From positions 5,270,001 to 5,334,000 of the forward strand of contig JASTWF010000034.1 in the NCBI GenBank assembly GCA_030390025.1: a DNA stretch of 64,000 nt, written 5' to 3'. Origin of the DNA: Squalus acanthias (Eukaryota). Positions 50,845-62,399 of this stretch are shown piece after piece. The notes beneath the pieces were generated by a model. That model saw nothing but the letters and a program-made list of their open reading frames with translations, searched no databases and had not been told where the DNA came from. A program made the translations under genes and the position numbers. Within the stretch, counting starts at the first letter, position 1. Each line of letters starts with the position of its first letter.

Positions 50845-53800
50845 CATTTTGCAGCACCTGTTAGTTATGGGTAAATCTCCCTCTACACTGTACCTTTAGA
50901 TTCTCCCAAGGCAAGTACAGCACGAGTTATGATCCCACTACCCAATCCCACCAAACACACCCAGGGCAGGTACAGCACAGACCTTCCCTTTTGTTCTTTT
51001 CTCCCATCCCCCCTTTCCCTGCCTCTGTACTTGCTTAAAATCTGGTAAATCTGTAACATTTTCCAGTTCTGATGAAAGGGCATCGACCTGAAACATTAAC
51101 TCTGTTTCTTTCTCCACAGATGCTGCCTGACCTGCTGAGCAATGTTCCCTGTAAGCTGTGTGAGTGGGCGGCGATCTGTAAGGTCCCACGCACTGAAATT
51201 CACAGGCGGCACAGTGAGCTGGAGCGGGCGGAGTGTCCCAATGCCCAATGACCGGGAATCCTCACAGACCCGTTTGTGAACTCACAGAGCCGATCCGAAT
51301 TGCAACAACATTTGCTGAGATACAGAGCCCTGGCACCCGGCGAGCGTTGTCTCGAGATTCATTCAGTCCCTTTTCCATGGAGACGCGCATAGTCCGTATC
51401 CGGGTGACTGAGCGGCGGCCGCACTTTGGAACAACACAGGTGGAGGTGCAGCGCGTATACAATGGTACAAGGACCGCTGGAAGGAGGCGAAAACAAACAT
51501 TTATTAGCCCCACGGTGAAACAAAGATATGAGAATTTGATTTTTGGATAATTCAGAAAATTGTTTATAGGCGGAAAAAGATATGGGAAAGTGATAATGAA
51601 TGTTTCGTGGTACGTTCCAGTTCAATTTAGCCAGGACTCGTCCCATTTTTGAAATAGTTTATCAGGGTTATTTAAATCATGTTGCGAGCGGGGTGAAAAA
51701 GTTTGTGCCCCCGTTTGTACCTCAGAGTCTGAGAGACGGAGGGAACGGCAGCAGAAAAACAGGAAACAACATCTCCAGAAACTGATCGCAACTCATCGCC
51801 AAGGCTGGGGAGAGATAACCTCACCGCCGTCTTAGGAAGTTTAACCACTATATTCACTTTCTGATTTGAGCTCCGTTTGGAACTAGATTTGTTTTATTAT
51901 ATTTTGTCGTATGTTTAACGACAGTATTGAAGGGGGAAAGAGAAACTTGGAGCAATTTCTTTTGTCAAAGCTGCAACGAGACTTGAAAGAATTTAAAGAT
52001 TTTCAATGAGCTTGTCACACAAAATGAGTGTTAAAAACACTTTTTCCCCCTAGGTTTCGAATATGATTTCGGAAGAGACTGAAACAAAAGTCAATTTCCC
52101 CGCTCATCTAAACAAGTTTCAGCCACGGCTTGAAGTCCAGACGCTTTTAAAGAGGTTCTGAAATGCTTAAAATGTTTTAAATTTGAAATTTCTCAAGATC
52201 TGATTTTGAGTGATCGATGAAGTGATTAGCTTTACACACACATGCAACCGTGGTGTTGAAGAGGGGGAGGCAAGGGGATGATTTGTAGGAGTTAAATATT
52301 ACTTTTTAATGACTTTTTAAAAATATACCATTTCGGCATTTAGGAAGAGAACCAAAAAAGGGGAAAAACACAAACCATATTATTTTATCTGTCGTTCTAT
52401 AGTCCGAACAAATCGCAGGAATAATGTAAATATGGATTTGCTGTTCAATATTTAGTGCAGTGTTAATAGAAACAAGAGTTATGTAATGATGTATAAAAAT
52501 TGCAGGAAACTACTTCAGAAGAAACCACTCTCTGTTTATTGAGAAAGACACAGAACATACTTTGATTAAACTGATAAATTACAATTCGATTTGGTTTGAA
52601 TGTTTGAAATAGAAGATTAAACATTGACAGTACAATGAAGTTTGTTTCCTGCTTTTAATTGCGAAGTACCTAAAATAATTCAACAATTTTCGTGATAAGA
52701 GCAGGGATTAATATTGTGGAGAATGTTTGAGAGAAAAACATTTGAAGCAAAATTGGTAAATTATAAATCTTTACGTCAACATATGAGTAAACATTTCCAA
52801 GTTAGTCTGGCTGGTTCTCCTGTCCAGGAAGAAAGACACATTCTGTTAAATCACAGCTTTTCCTGCGTTTTGTTTCTAATTCAGTGACGCAATTTGTGTA
52901 TGTGTTTTTCTACACTTGTGAATACGTGCTGCATTTCTGACATGTTAAATGGATGGTGTGCTGGTTCAAGAAGACCACCTTTATTCATGGAAATGACTGA
53001 AGTTGAAAATACGGATACACATTTTGTTCAGTTCTTTTTAATACTGCGAATTAAAGAACTACAGCACTTTATATTTGTTGATTGTCTGGTTGCATTGTGA
53101 TTAATATTCTATTAACTTACGTGGACGTAATATGTGGATGGAAAATAACGCGGAGAAATCTGAAGTTATCCACTATGGTAGGAAAAATAGAACAGCAGAG
53201 TATCTTTCAAATGGTGCGAGATTGGCAAATGTTGGTGTTCAGAGGGATTTGGGTGTCCTTGTAGAAAAATCACGGAACGTTAACCTACAGGTACAGCAAG
53301 CAATTAGGAAAGCAAATGATATGTTGGCCTTCATTAGAAGAGGATTTCAGTATAAAAGTAAAGACATCTTATTGCAATTATATCGGGCCCTGGTGAGACC
53401 ACGCCTGGTGTATTGAGTACAGTTTTGGTCTCCTTACCTATGGAGGGATATACTTGTCAAAGTGGGAGTGCAACAAAGGTTCACCAGACTGGTTCCTGGG
53501 ATGGGGGGATTTTCCTATGAGGAGTGATTGTGTAGACTATGCCTATATACTCTAGAGTTCAAAAGAATGAGAGAGATCACATTGAAACATGCACATTTTT
53601 TTATAGGGCATGACAGGATAGATGCAGGGAGGATGTTTCCCCTGGTTGGGGAGTCCAGAACCATGGGTCACAGTCTCAGAATAAGGGTTCGGCCATGTAG
53701 GACTGAGATGAGGAGAAATTTCTTCACTCAGTGGGTGGTGAATCTTTGGAATTCTCTAGCTCAGAGGGTTATGGAGACTCAGTCGTTGAGTATAATCAAG

Positions 53801-54376
53801 ACAGAGGTCGATAGATTTAAGAATATTGAGGGAATGAAGGGAAATGGGGATAGTGCGGGAATGTGGAGATGAGCTAGAAGATTAGCTATGATCATATTGA
53901 ATGGCGGAGCAGGCTCGAAGGGCCAAATGGCCTACTCCTGCTCCTATTTCTTATGTTCTTATGTGCTTAAAGCTCACTCAATACTGTCCCATCAAACAAT
54001 TCCAGGCAGTCGCACAAAAGCAAAATACTGCGGATGCTGGAAATCTGAAGTAAAACAGAAAATGCTCGAAATACTCAGCAGGTCAGGAGCATTTGTGGAG
54101 AGAAGAACAGAGTTAACGTTTCAGGTCATAGACATTTCATTGGAACAGGCAGGTACACTTGGATTCGATACAGAGTAATGCTCCACTCACCTCATTTTAA
54201 CACTCTGATATACCCCACGCCATTCACTTTAACAAAGTGATATACCCCTCAGTTTAATCCTCTCTTACATATCCCAAACCTCTCACTGTAACAGACCGAT
54301 ATACCCCGCTCACCTCACCTTAATACTCTGATATACTCGACACCCCTCAATGTAACACTCTGACATAACCCGCACC
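50845..54376 (+). repeat. Segmental duplication, copy B (satellite, Penelope end, unique 1.9 kb, CR1 53125-53965, Penelope 54012-54150, 32-bp satellite)
   Basis: Mirror image of 21200-24350. Confidence 0.9.
51233..51835 (+). pseudogene. Possible degenerate intronless TIMP/NTR-like coding relic
   Basis: One frame with two internal stops (51548, 51650); IVRIRV..QVEVQRVYNG..LFIGGKRYGKVIMNVSWYVP..NSLSGLFKSCCE..KVCAPVC loosely follows TIMP N-domain order; judged by eye only. Confidence 0.3.
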
Positions 54377-55134
54377 TGTAGGATAGGGTGTATTTGAATG
54401 ATTTAGTAAACATTTTTGTCTAACTATAATATGTGAAATTTTCTGTTAAAAGCTTTAAAGCCTGTATAAAATGGCGAATGGCTGAGAGAGAAGCAGGATG
54501 GGAAATTGTGCTAACCTGACTGAAACTCGCTCTGTTTGCAATTACTGAAGTAATGGAATGTAATGCTAAGTTGATGGAGACTATCAGGGAGGTGGTATTT
54601 AGTAATGTGATAGAAAAGAGATGAGAGTTGGAGAAGAGAGAGAGATAAGTGAAGCACCTCTCAGTGATAACTACTATAAAATGGACAAATTGTTTAGACA
54701 ACATCTTGGGAAATAGTTTTTGGAAAGAGAATATCTAAAGTTAAAAGGGCCCTTTGAAATGCACAAAGCGAGTCCGAGTGGGATCAACAAGGTCATAAAA
54801 CATGTATTGGTGTCAGATAGCTGTTTGCAGTCACGTAGGAAGAGGGAAAAAAGGTGAATAAAGATACGGATTTTGAACACTGAAGGCAGCGCGAACCAGA
54901 GGTGAAGGAGTTTCAGTCGAGAGAAAACAGCAAGAGAAGAAAGAGACAGTCACTCGGAAGGAACGCCGAGGCTCAAACGAACAAGACTGTGACTATCTCC
55001 TTGTTAAGTATTAACTTCTTTGTACTGGATGTTTAATGCTTAATAAACCTGGTTTACTGATACACAATGTACCTGTACCCAGAGTGGTTTGTGTAGTCAC
55101 GGACAAATTATTATAAGAGCTTTTGGAAGCTACA
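54377..55134 (+). promoter_or_regulatory. ERV 5' LTR (758 bp)
   Basis: 5-bp terminal inverted repeats; TATAAAA at 54675; AATAAA at 55042; last ~53 bp repeated at 61950-62002. Confidence 0.87.
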
Positions 55135-55137
55135 ATT

Positions 55138-55155
55138 TGGCGTCCAACGTGAGGC
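55138..55155 (+). other. Primer binding site, tRNA-Lys1,2 type
   Basis: TGGCGTCCAACGTGAGGC versus canonical TGGCGCCCAACGTGGGGC (16/18), 3 nt after the LTR end. Confidence 0.88.
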
Positions 55156-55371
55156 TGTGACTATTAACTGAAACCAGGTCTATTGTGCATAAAGCAGCCG
55201 TTTGCATTTTCCCTTGGATTTTCGTCTGACCAACGAGGATCCTCGTGGAAAGTTAGGTTTTCTAACAGATAGTGTCTCTTTAACGCACAAAAGAATGTCG
55301 AGTGAGTATTTTCTTGTAGATTATAAAGCGAAGTTTATTTAGAAGTGCGATGAGGCACAGTTACAAATGTT

Positions 55372-56975
55372 AGTAGAATGGGCCCTTGCAATCAGAATCA
55401 GGGAAATTTATAATGGGGAACAAAGAAATGGTAAACCAATTAAATACATACTTTGGTTCTGTCTTCACAAAGGAAGACACAAATTTCCTCCCAGAGATGT
55501 CGTGGAACATAGGGTCTAATGAGAGGGAGGAACATAGAAACATAGAAACATAGAAGATAGGAGCAGGACTAGGCCATTCGGCCCCTCTAGCCTGCTCCGC
55601 CATTCAATGTGATCATGGCTGATCATCCAAATTCAGAACCCTGTCCCTGCTTTCTCCCCATATCCCTTGATCCCTTTAGCCTTATGAAATATATCCAACT
55701 CCTTCTTGAATATATTTAATGAATTGGCCTCTACTGCCTTCTGTGGTAGAGAATTCCACAGGTTCGCCACTCTGGGTGAAGAAATTCCTCCTCATTTCTG
55801 TCCTAAATGTCTTACCCCTTATCCTTAGACAGTGACCCCTGGTTCTGGACTCCCCGAACATCGGGATCATCCTTCCTGCATTTAGTCTGTCCAGTCCTTT
55901 CAGAATTTTATAAGTTTCAATGAGATCCCCTGTCATTCTGCTAAACTCCAGCGAGTATAAACCCAATCGATCCAATCTCTCCTCATGCGTCATTCCTGCC
56001 ATCCCAGGTATCAGCCTGGTGAATCTTCGCTGCACTCCCTCCATGGCAAGAACCTCCTTCCTCAGATAAGGCGACCAAAACTGCACACAATACTCAAGAT
56101 GTGGTCTCACCAAGGCCCTGTAAAACTGCAGCAAGACATCCTTGTTCCTGTACTCAAACCCTCTCGCTACGAAGGCCAACACACCATTTGCCTTCTTAAC
56201 CACCTTCTGCACCTGCATGCTTACCTTCACCGACTGGTGCACAAGGACACCCAGGTCTCGTTGCACTTCCCCTTCTCCCAATCTATTGCCATTCAGATAA
56301 TAACCTGCCTTCCAGTGTTTGATACCAAAGTGGATAACCTCGCATTTATCCGCGTTATATTGCATCTGCCATGCTTCTGCCCAGTCACCCAACCTGGCCA
56401 AATCATCCTGGAGTTTCTCGGCATCCTCCTCACAGCACACACGCCCACCCAGCTTTGTGTCATCTGAGAACTTGGAGATATTACATCTAGTTCCCTTGTC
56501 TAGATCATTAATATATATTGTGAATAGCTGGGATCCAAGGACCAATCCCTGCGGTACCCCACTAGTCACTTCCTGCCACGTGGAAAAATACCCATTTATT
56601 CCAACTCTTTGCTTTCTGTCTGCCAACCAGTTATCTATCCAAGTCAATACCTTGCCCCCAATCCCATGTGCCTTAACTTTACACGCTAATCTCTTATGCG
56701 GAACCTTATCGAAAGCCTTTTGAAAGTCCAAATACACCACATCCACTGGTTCTCCCTTAACTATTTTACGAGTTACATCCTCAAAAAATTCCAGTTGATT
56801 ACCCAAGCACGATGTACCTTTTGTAAATCCATGTTGACTTTGTCCGATCCTGTCACAGTTTTCCAATTGCTCTGCTATTACATCTTGTATAATGGACTCT
56901 AGCATTTTCCCCAGTACCGATGTCAGGCTTACTGGTCTGTAATTCTCCGTTTTCTCTCTACCACCTTTTTTGAAC
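55372..56975 (-). mobile_element. CR1 insertions inside the ERV (plus fragment 55372-55530; minus RT half 55531-56975)
   Basis: ORF 55682-57070 carries CR1 RT motifs; (CATAGAAA)n tail. Confidence 0.9.
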
Positions 56976-58320
56976 ATGATGCAGAGATGCCGGTGTTGGA
57001 CTGGGGTGGACAAAAGTAGGAAGTCGCACAACACCAGGTTATAGTCCAACAGCTTTATTTGAAATAACAAGCTTTCGGAGCGGCTGCTCCTTCGTCAGGT
57101 GAAGTGAAGAAATACAAATGGGCACAGCATATATCGACAGAGAACAATGCCTGTGCAGAGAACAATGCCAGACGACTACAGTTAATCTTTCTAACTGCCC
57201 TTTATCACACCTCGGCAGAGAGACAATCACGGCAATCAAATCCAACCAGGTCAGTCAGGAAGACATTACATCAAAGACGATAGCAAAATACAACAAAGAC
57301 AATGAGGTGGGGTCACAAGGGGTCTAATGTGGCAGTCTGTATGGAAAACCAAATACTTTAAACTTTTTACTTTTTTTACTGGAAATCACATCTGTGAACA
57401 AGCCAACGATGACTCGAGTCTGGATGAGTCTACGTTAGGTGGGGTTACATGTAGCGTGACATGAACCCAAGATCCCGGTTAAGGCCGTCCTCATGGGTGC
57501 TTAACTTGGCTATCAGTTTCTGCTCGATGATTTTGCGTTGTAGTGTGTCTCGAAGGCCGCCTTGGAGAACGCTTACCCGAAGATCCGAGACTGAATGGCC
57601 TTGACTGCTGAAGTGTTCCCCGACTGGAAGGTAACACTCCTGCCTGGCGATTGTTGTGCGTGTCCATTCATACGTTGTCGCTGTGTCTGCATGATCTCGC
57701 CGATGTGCCATGCTCCGGGGCATCCTTTCCTGCAACGTATGAGGTAGACAACGTTGGCTGAGTCACATGTGTATGTACCATGTACCTGGTGGGTAGTGTC
57801 CTCACGTGTGATGATGGTATCTGTGTTGATGATCTGGCATGTCTTGCAGAGGTTGCCGTGGCAGGGTTGTGTGGTGTCGTGGTCGCTGTTCTCCTGAAAG
57901 CTGGGGAATTTGCTGCGAACGATGGTACTTTTGAGGTTAGGCGGCTGTTTGAAGGCGAGTAGTGGAGGCGTGGGGATGGCCTTAGCAAGGTGCTCATCGT
58001 CATCGATGATATGTTGAAGGCTGCGAAGAACATGGTGTAGTTTCTCCGCTCCGGGGAAGTACTGGACGACGTAGGGTACTCTGTTGGTTGTGTCCCGTGT
58101 TCGTCTTCTGAGGAGGTCTATGCGATCTTTCGCTGTGGCCCGTCGGAACTGTCGATCGACGAATCGAGCGTCATATCCCGTTCTTACGAGGCACCTGAAC
58201 GGACACCGCGCAGCAATCGCCAGGCAGGACTGTTACCTCCCAGTCGGGGAACACATCAGCAGTCAAGAACATTCAGCCTCGGATCTTCGGGTAAGCATTC
58301 TCCTAGGCTGCCTCACGTAT
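56976..58320 (-). mobile_element. Penelope-like element (GIY-YIG remnants, hammerhead-bearing 3' end, short inverted 5' piece)
   Basis: LPVGEHFSSQGHS..DLRVSVLQGG..EQKLIAKL..HEDGLNRD; hammerhead at 57066-57102; plus-strand inverted duplicate at 58190-58320. Confidence 0.88.
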
Positions 58321-58329
58321 ACTACGAGG

Positions 58330-60035
58330 GGTGGAGAGTACATTCACAGCGTGTGAACGTCATCTGTTGGCCACATTTTGGGCAGTCAATCATTTCACCT
58401 ACATTACCGGACTGCAGAAGGTCATCTTGCATTCCCCACACACGCCCCTTAATCTGCTGTTAAAACCAAGTGAGACCAAGGTATCCTCTCAGCGAATAAG
58501 TAAATGGACACTAGAATTCTTACACTGTGACCTGAACATTACGCCTCAACGAGCCACGCTGTGACCACTTATGCTCGCCTATGAGGGAAGCCCACACCAG
58601 TGTCCATTACCAGTGCTAGATATGGAACCAAATCCAGTAAAGGCTAACGCCATACCCGGAGCTCGAAATGTGTACCTTGACGGGTCATCATACTGTGTAG
58701 ATGGCCATCCTAGAACTGGATGTGCCCTTATTGATATCGACGCTCCCGATTGGTCAGAGGGATTTCACGTTCTCGTCCACTCCTCACAACAGGCAGAACT
58801 GATTGCAGTAATTCTAGCCGTACATTACACGGCTATGGATGAAACAAATATCTGGTCCGACAGCAGTTACGTTTGTAATACAGTTATGGCTCTTCCCCTC
58901 TATAATACCAATGAGTTTTGCTCATCAGAACATAAATCTTTATTACATTGTGGTCTCCTCCGTAAGCTATGGAAAGTGCTCCAGGAACGAGTCGCCCCTT
59001 GTCACGTGTGTAAGGTAGCAGCCCATCAGAAAGATTGATCCCCCCATTCGCGAGGTAACCAAATGGCCGATCGCTTTGCTAAGCAGGCGGCCGAGAACGG
59101 AAAGTTACTACCTTGGTGGGTGATTAATAATACTCAGACACCCGTAGTGGGGTCGGTGACTAAGACTAAAACCATTGATCTTTTGGCCCTATAGGATTCA
59201 TATGCTCCTTATGCACAGGTACTAGCCTGGCATCAACAGGGATGCCCGGTACCAGCACCCACCCTATGGGCTGACTCCACTGTAATGCAACAAGATGTAG
59301 ATAAAAACCCTCCCCTACTAATGATCCGGAATAAAGAGGCTGACCTAGTAGTTTGTATTCCTCCTCATTTAAAGGAAGACATTCTAGCTCTCTTTCATTC
59401 ATTTCCCGGGGGCAGTTTTCACAACTCTGCAAGAAATGTTACAGATAAAACATAAATTGCACCTTGCGCAACATCCACAATCATCAGGGATTGTGGAGAG
59501 GGGAAATCGAACTTGAAAGACAATGTTGCAGAAGTTGTGTACAGATCACCCCACTCAGTGGACTGACATGTTGCCTTTATGTCTAATGGCAATACGATCT
59601 ACCCCACACGGGACTACGAGGGTAAGTCCATATGAGGCTATGACTGGGAGGCAAATGCGGATACCAGGACATGCAATATATGGAAATAACACACCATTAA
59701 AACTACAACCATGTAGCCAAAAATGGTTACAAACCTTGATAGATCATATGGACGAGGTGAGCAAGCTGGTGGTCATTAACATAGGCAAATCGCGTGAACA
59801 AATCAAGCGATATTATAAGAGAGTAAAACCATTTGAGTATGATGTTGGAGACCGAGTAATGTCACACAATTTATCTCCAAAAAATCACTCATTCGAGATA
59901 AAATGGATGGGCCCTCATACCATAGTAGATAAATTAAATCCAGCTGTGTATCTACTGAATGTCCCATATGATCCGAAGGGAGAACCTAAACTGAAATGGT
60001 TCCATATCAATCAGATGAAAACTGTTAAGAATTAA
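58330..60035 (+). pseudogene. pol: ERV pol remnant: tether (degenerate RNase H), second RNase H, integrase with GPY/F module
   Basis: FTACERHLLATFWAV; YLDGSS..SQQAEL..WSDSSY..KVAAH..RGNQMAD; IPPHLKEDILALFH; HPQSSGIVERGN; W..MLP..IRSTPH..SPYE; KWMGPH; WFHINQMK. Confidence 0.88.
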
Positions 60036-60068
60036 GATGTTACATTTTGGTTTACCCACAGGTTAAAG

Positions 60069-61950
60069 ATGTGGCTCTGTAGTCTGATACTGATAATTGG
60101 ATGTGCAGTGAGCTCTCCGGAGGTAACAAAAACTTTTGACATTAGCATTAACATCTGTACACTGGACGAAGGAGGCGAATGTGCCCTACTCTCCATCTAT
60201 GGAACAGAACCTCGAATTGTTGGCTGACATAAACAATCAAAGAACCATAACGGATCATCCGAGACGTATGAGGAAGGATGTTCTTGCCACGGAGGGAGTG
60301 CAGCGAAGATTCACCAGGCTGATACCTGGGATGGCAGGAATGACGTATGAGGAGAGATTGGTTCGATTGGGCTTATACTCGCTGGAGTTTAAAAGAATGA
60401 GAGGGGATCTCATTGAAATTTACAAAATTCTAACAAGATTAGACAGACTAGATGCAGGGAGGATGTTCCCGATGGCCGTGGAGTCCAGAACCACGGGTCA
60501 CAGTCTAAGGATAAGGGGTAAGCCATTTAGGACTGAGATGAGGAGGAATTTCTTCATCCAGAGAGTGATGAACCTGTGGAATTCTCTTCCACAGAAGGCA
60601 GTAGAGGCCAATTCATTAAATATATTCAAGAAGGAGTTAGATATATTTCTTAAAGCTAAAGGGATCAAGGGATATGGGGAGAAGGCAGGGACAGGGTACT
60701 GAATTTGGATGATCAGCCATGATCTCATTGAATGGCGGAGCAGGCTCGAGGGGCTGAATGGCCTGCTCCTGCTCCTATCTTCTATGTTTCTATGTTTCTA
60801 TGAGGGGGATGTTCCAGTTTGGATCAGAAATAGTACAAAAGATAATATAACAACACCATACGGAGCGGGTTGTGGTACTTTACAAGAAAAGGTGTATAAT
60901 TGGGAAATAAAAGAAGGATATGGTGTGTGTATCAGGTGCGGGATAAGGAACAGGAAAGGCCCAAATGTGTGGAAATTCCTGAAGAAAAAGAATGGAATCT
61001 GGGAACAGGTACAAGAATCAAATTAGGGACCAGTAGCTCCGGAAAGTAAGAGATATATACAATTAGGCTGGCCTCGGTGGTGGAAGAAAGTACCGGCCAG
61101 TATTCTTGTATTGGGTCGAATATTGTAATGGGCTTTAAAAATCAGGATGATGATTGACCTCCTATTCCGAATATGATGCAAAGATTACCTCAGCAGGATA
61201 TGAGATTCCCAGAGACGATATAGAGATCAGCGCAGCAGAAAATAAACCCTTTATGATAACCTTTATACGTAGGGGAAACTATAGGGATTTTGGGAATAAA
61301 GGTGACAGCATAACATAATTCAAAAATGGGATAACTGGATGTGTAAGAGAAGATGGGTATGTCTATAGTGTTAAGCTCACACCCTATGAGAAAGTAATAT
61401 TAAGAACCACGAGAGGGTGTACCGGAGGAACAATGTCCCCAACTAACACCGGGACCTGGGAACGGTCTAGTAATTAAACCCACTTATAAACCAGTGTTTC
61501 ATCAAGTAATACCAGAAGTGGCCCCTGTTACCTAAATTTAACAGAACTAATACTACCAAAGTGGTGCCCTGACAAAACAGCACAACTAACTCAGAGAATG
61601 CTGCAGCAAGTTTTTAATCAGTACTGGGAAAATGCGACCTTATCTATAAGCAAAGAGAAAACAGAACGGACCTCCCGTCACGAGTTTAGTAGCACCAAAG
61701 AAAGCAGCCAGGGAAAGAGTAGACAGAAAGAGGATTGATAAACGATGGACTCACAGGTTTCAAGACAGTAACATCGGTAATTAACTCAATGGATTCCGCA
61801 GATTTACAAATACAATTACAAACGGTGAGGGAAAAGTTGAGGGAGATACTTAGTAGGGAAAACAACATAGTAAGCGAGGAGCTAAGGGAGGATCAGGTAA
61901 TGACCATACACCTGCGGGACATCATACATGAAATAGAGGATCATGCCATG
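60069..61950 (+). pseudogene. env: ERV env remnant (signal peptide, ectodomain, furin site, fusion-peptide/heptad region; 3' part deleted)
   Basis: Acceptor TTTACCCACAG at 60051-60061; MWLCSLILIIGCAVSS; frame continues across the CR1 insertion; KSRQK(R)/GLINDGLTGFKTVTSVINSMD..LQIQLQTVREKLREIL. Confidence 0.75.
60268..60802 (+). mobile_element. 5'-truncated CR1 inserted in env
   Basis: CR1 C-terminus and (TTCTATGT)n tail; TATGAG on both sides. Confidence 0.9.
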
Positions 61951-62004
61951 AGTAGTTTGAGAAGTCACGGAACAATTATTATAAGAGCTTTTGGAAGCTA
62001 CACA

Positions 62005-62365
62005 TCACAGGCCGGGAATGGAGTGTGAATTCCCCCTTCTTTATGTATGGTTCAGTACCACACCTAATGAGAACTGACACACCACAGGCCGGGAATGGAG
62101 CCTGGGTAATTCCTTCCTTCTCTGTAATGGTTCAGTACCTCACCGACTGTGAACAACTGACACATCACAGACCAGGAGTGCAGCCTGGGCTCTCCCTTCT
62201 CTGTGTGTGGGCCACAGTACCTCTTTGACTGTGTACAACTGACATACCACAGCCCGGGAATGGAGCCTGAGCCCTTCCTTCGCTGTGTGTGGGCCATAGT
62301 ACCTCTTTGACTGTGAACAACTGACATACCACAGCCCGGAAATGGAGCCTGAGCCCTCCCTTCTG
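62005..62365 (+). repeat. ~82-bp tandem repeat, about 4.3 copies
   Basis: CACAGSCCGGGAATGGAGCCTG recurs near 62006, 62082, 62165, 62248 and 62330. Confidence 0.8.
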
Positions 62366-62399
62366 TCAGTCTGGAAGGCAGAGCAAATATGTAACTGCA

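Larger units (their letters stand above)
54377..62002 (+). mobile_element. Degraded endogenous retrovirus (loki/spuma-related class III-like) with LTR, PBS, pol 3' half and env
   Basis: 5' LTR at 54377-55134 (TGTAG..CTACA); PBS at 55138; tether, RNase H and IN at 58330-60035; env from 60069; 3' LTR remnant at 61950-62002. Confidence 0.88.

Noticed and set aside
55682..57070. 462-aa ORF as a novel gene
   Set aside because: A truncated CR1 RT fused by chance to a Penelope end
54377..62002. Calling the ERV a bona fide foamy virus
   Set aside because: The PBS fits, but env starts with a short classical signal peptide, no accessory genes are visible and RT is missing
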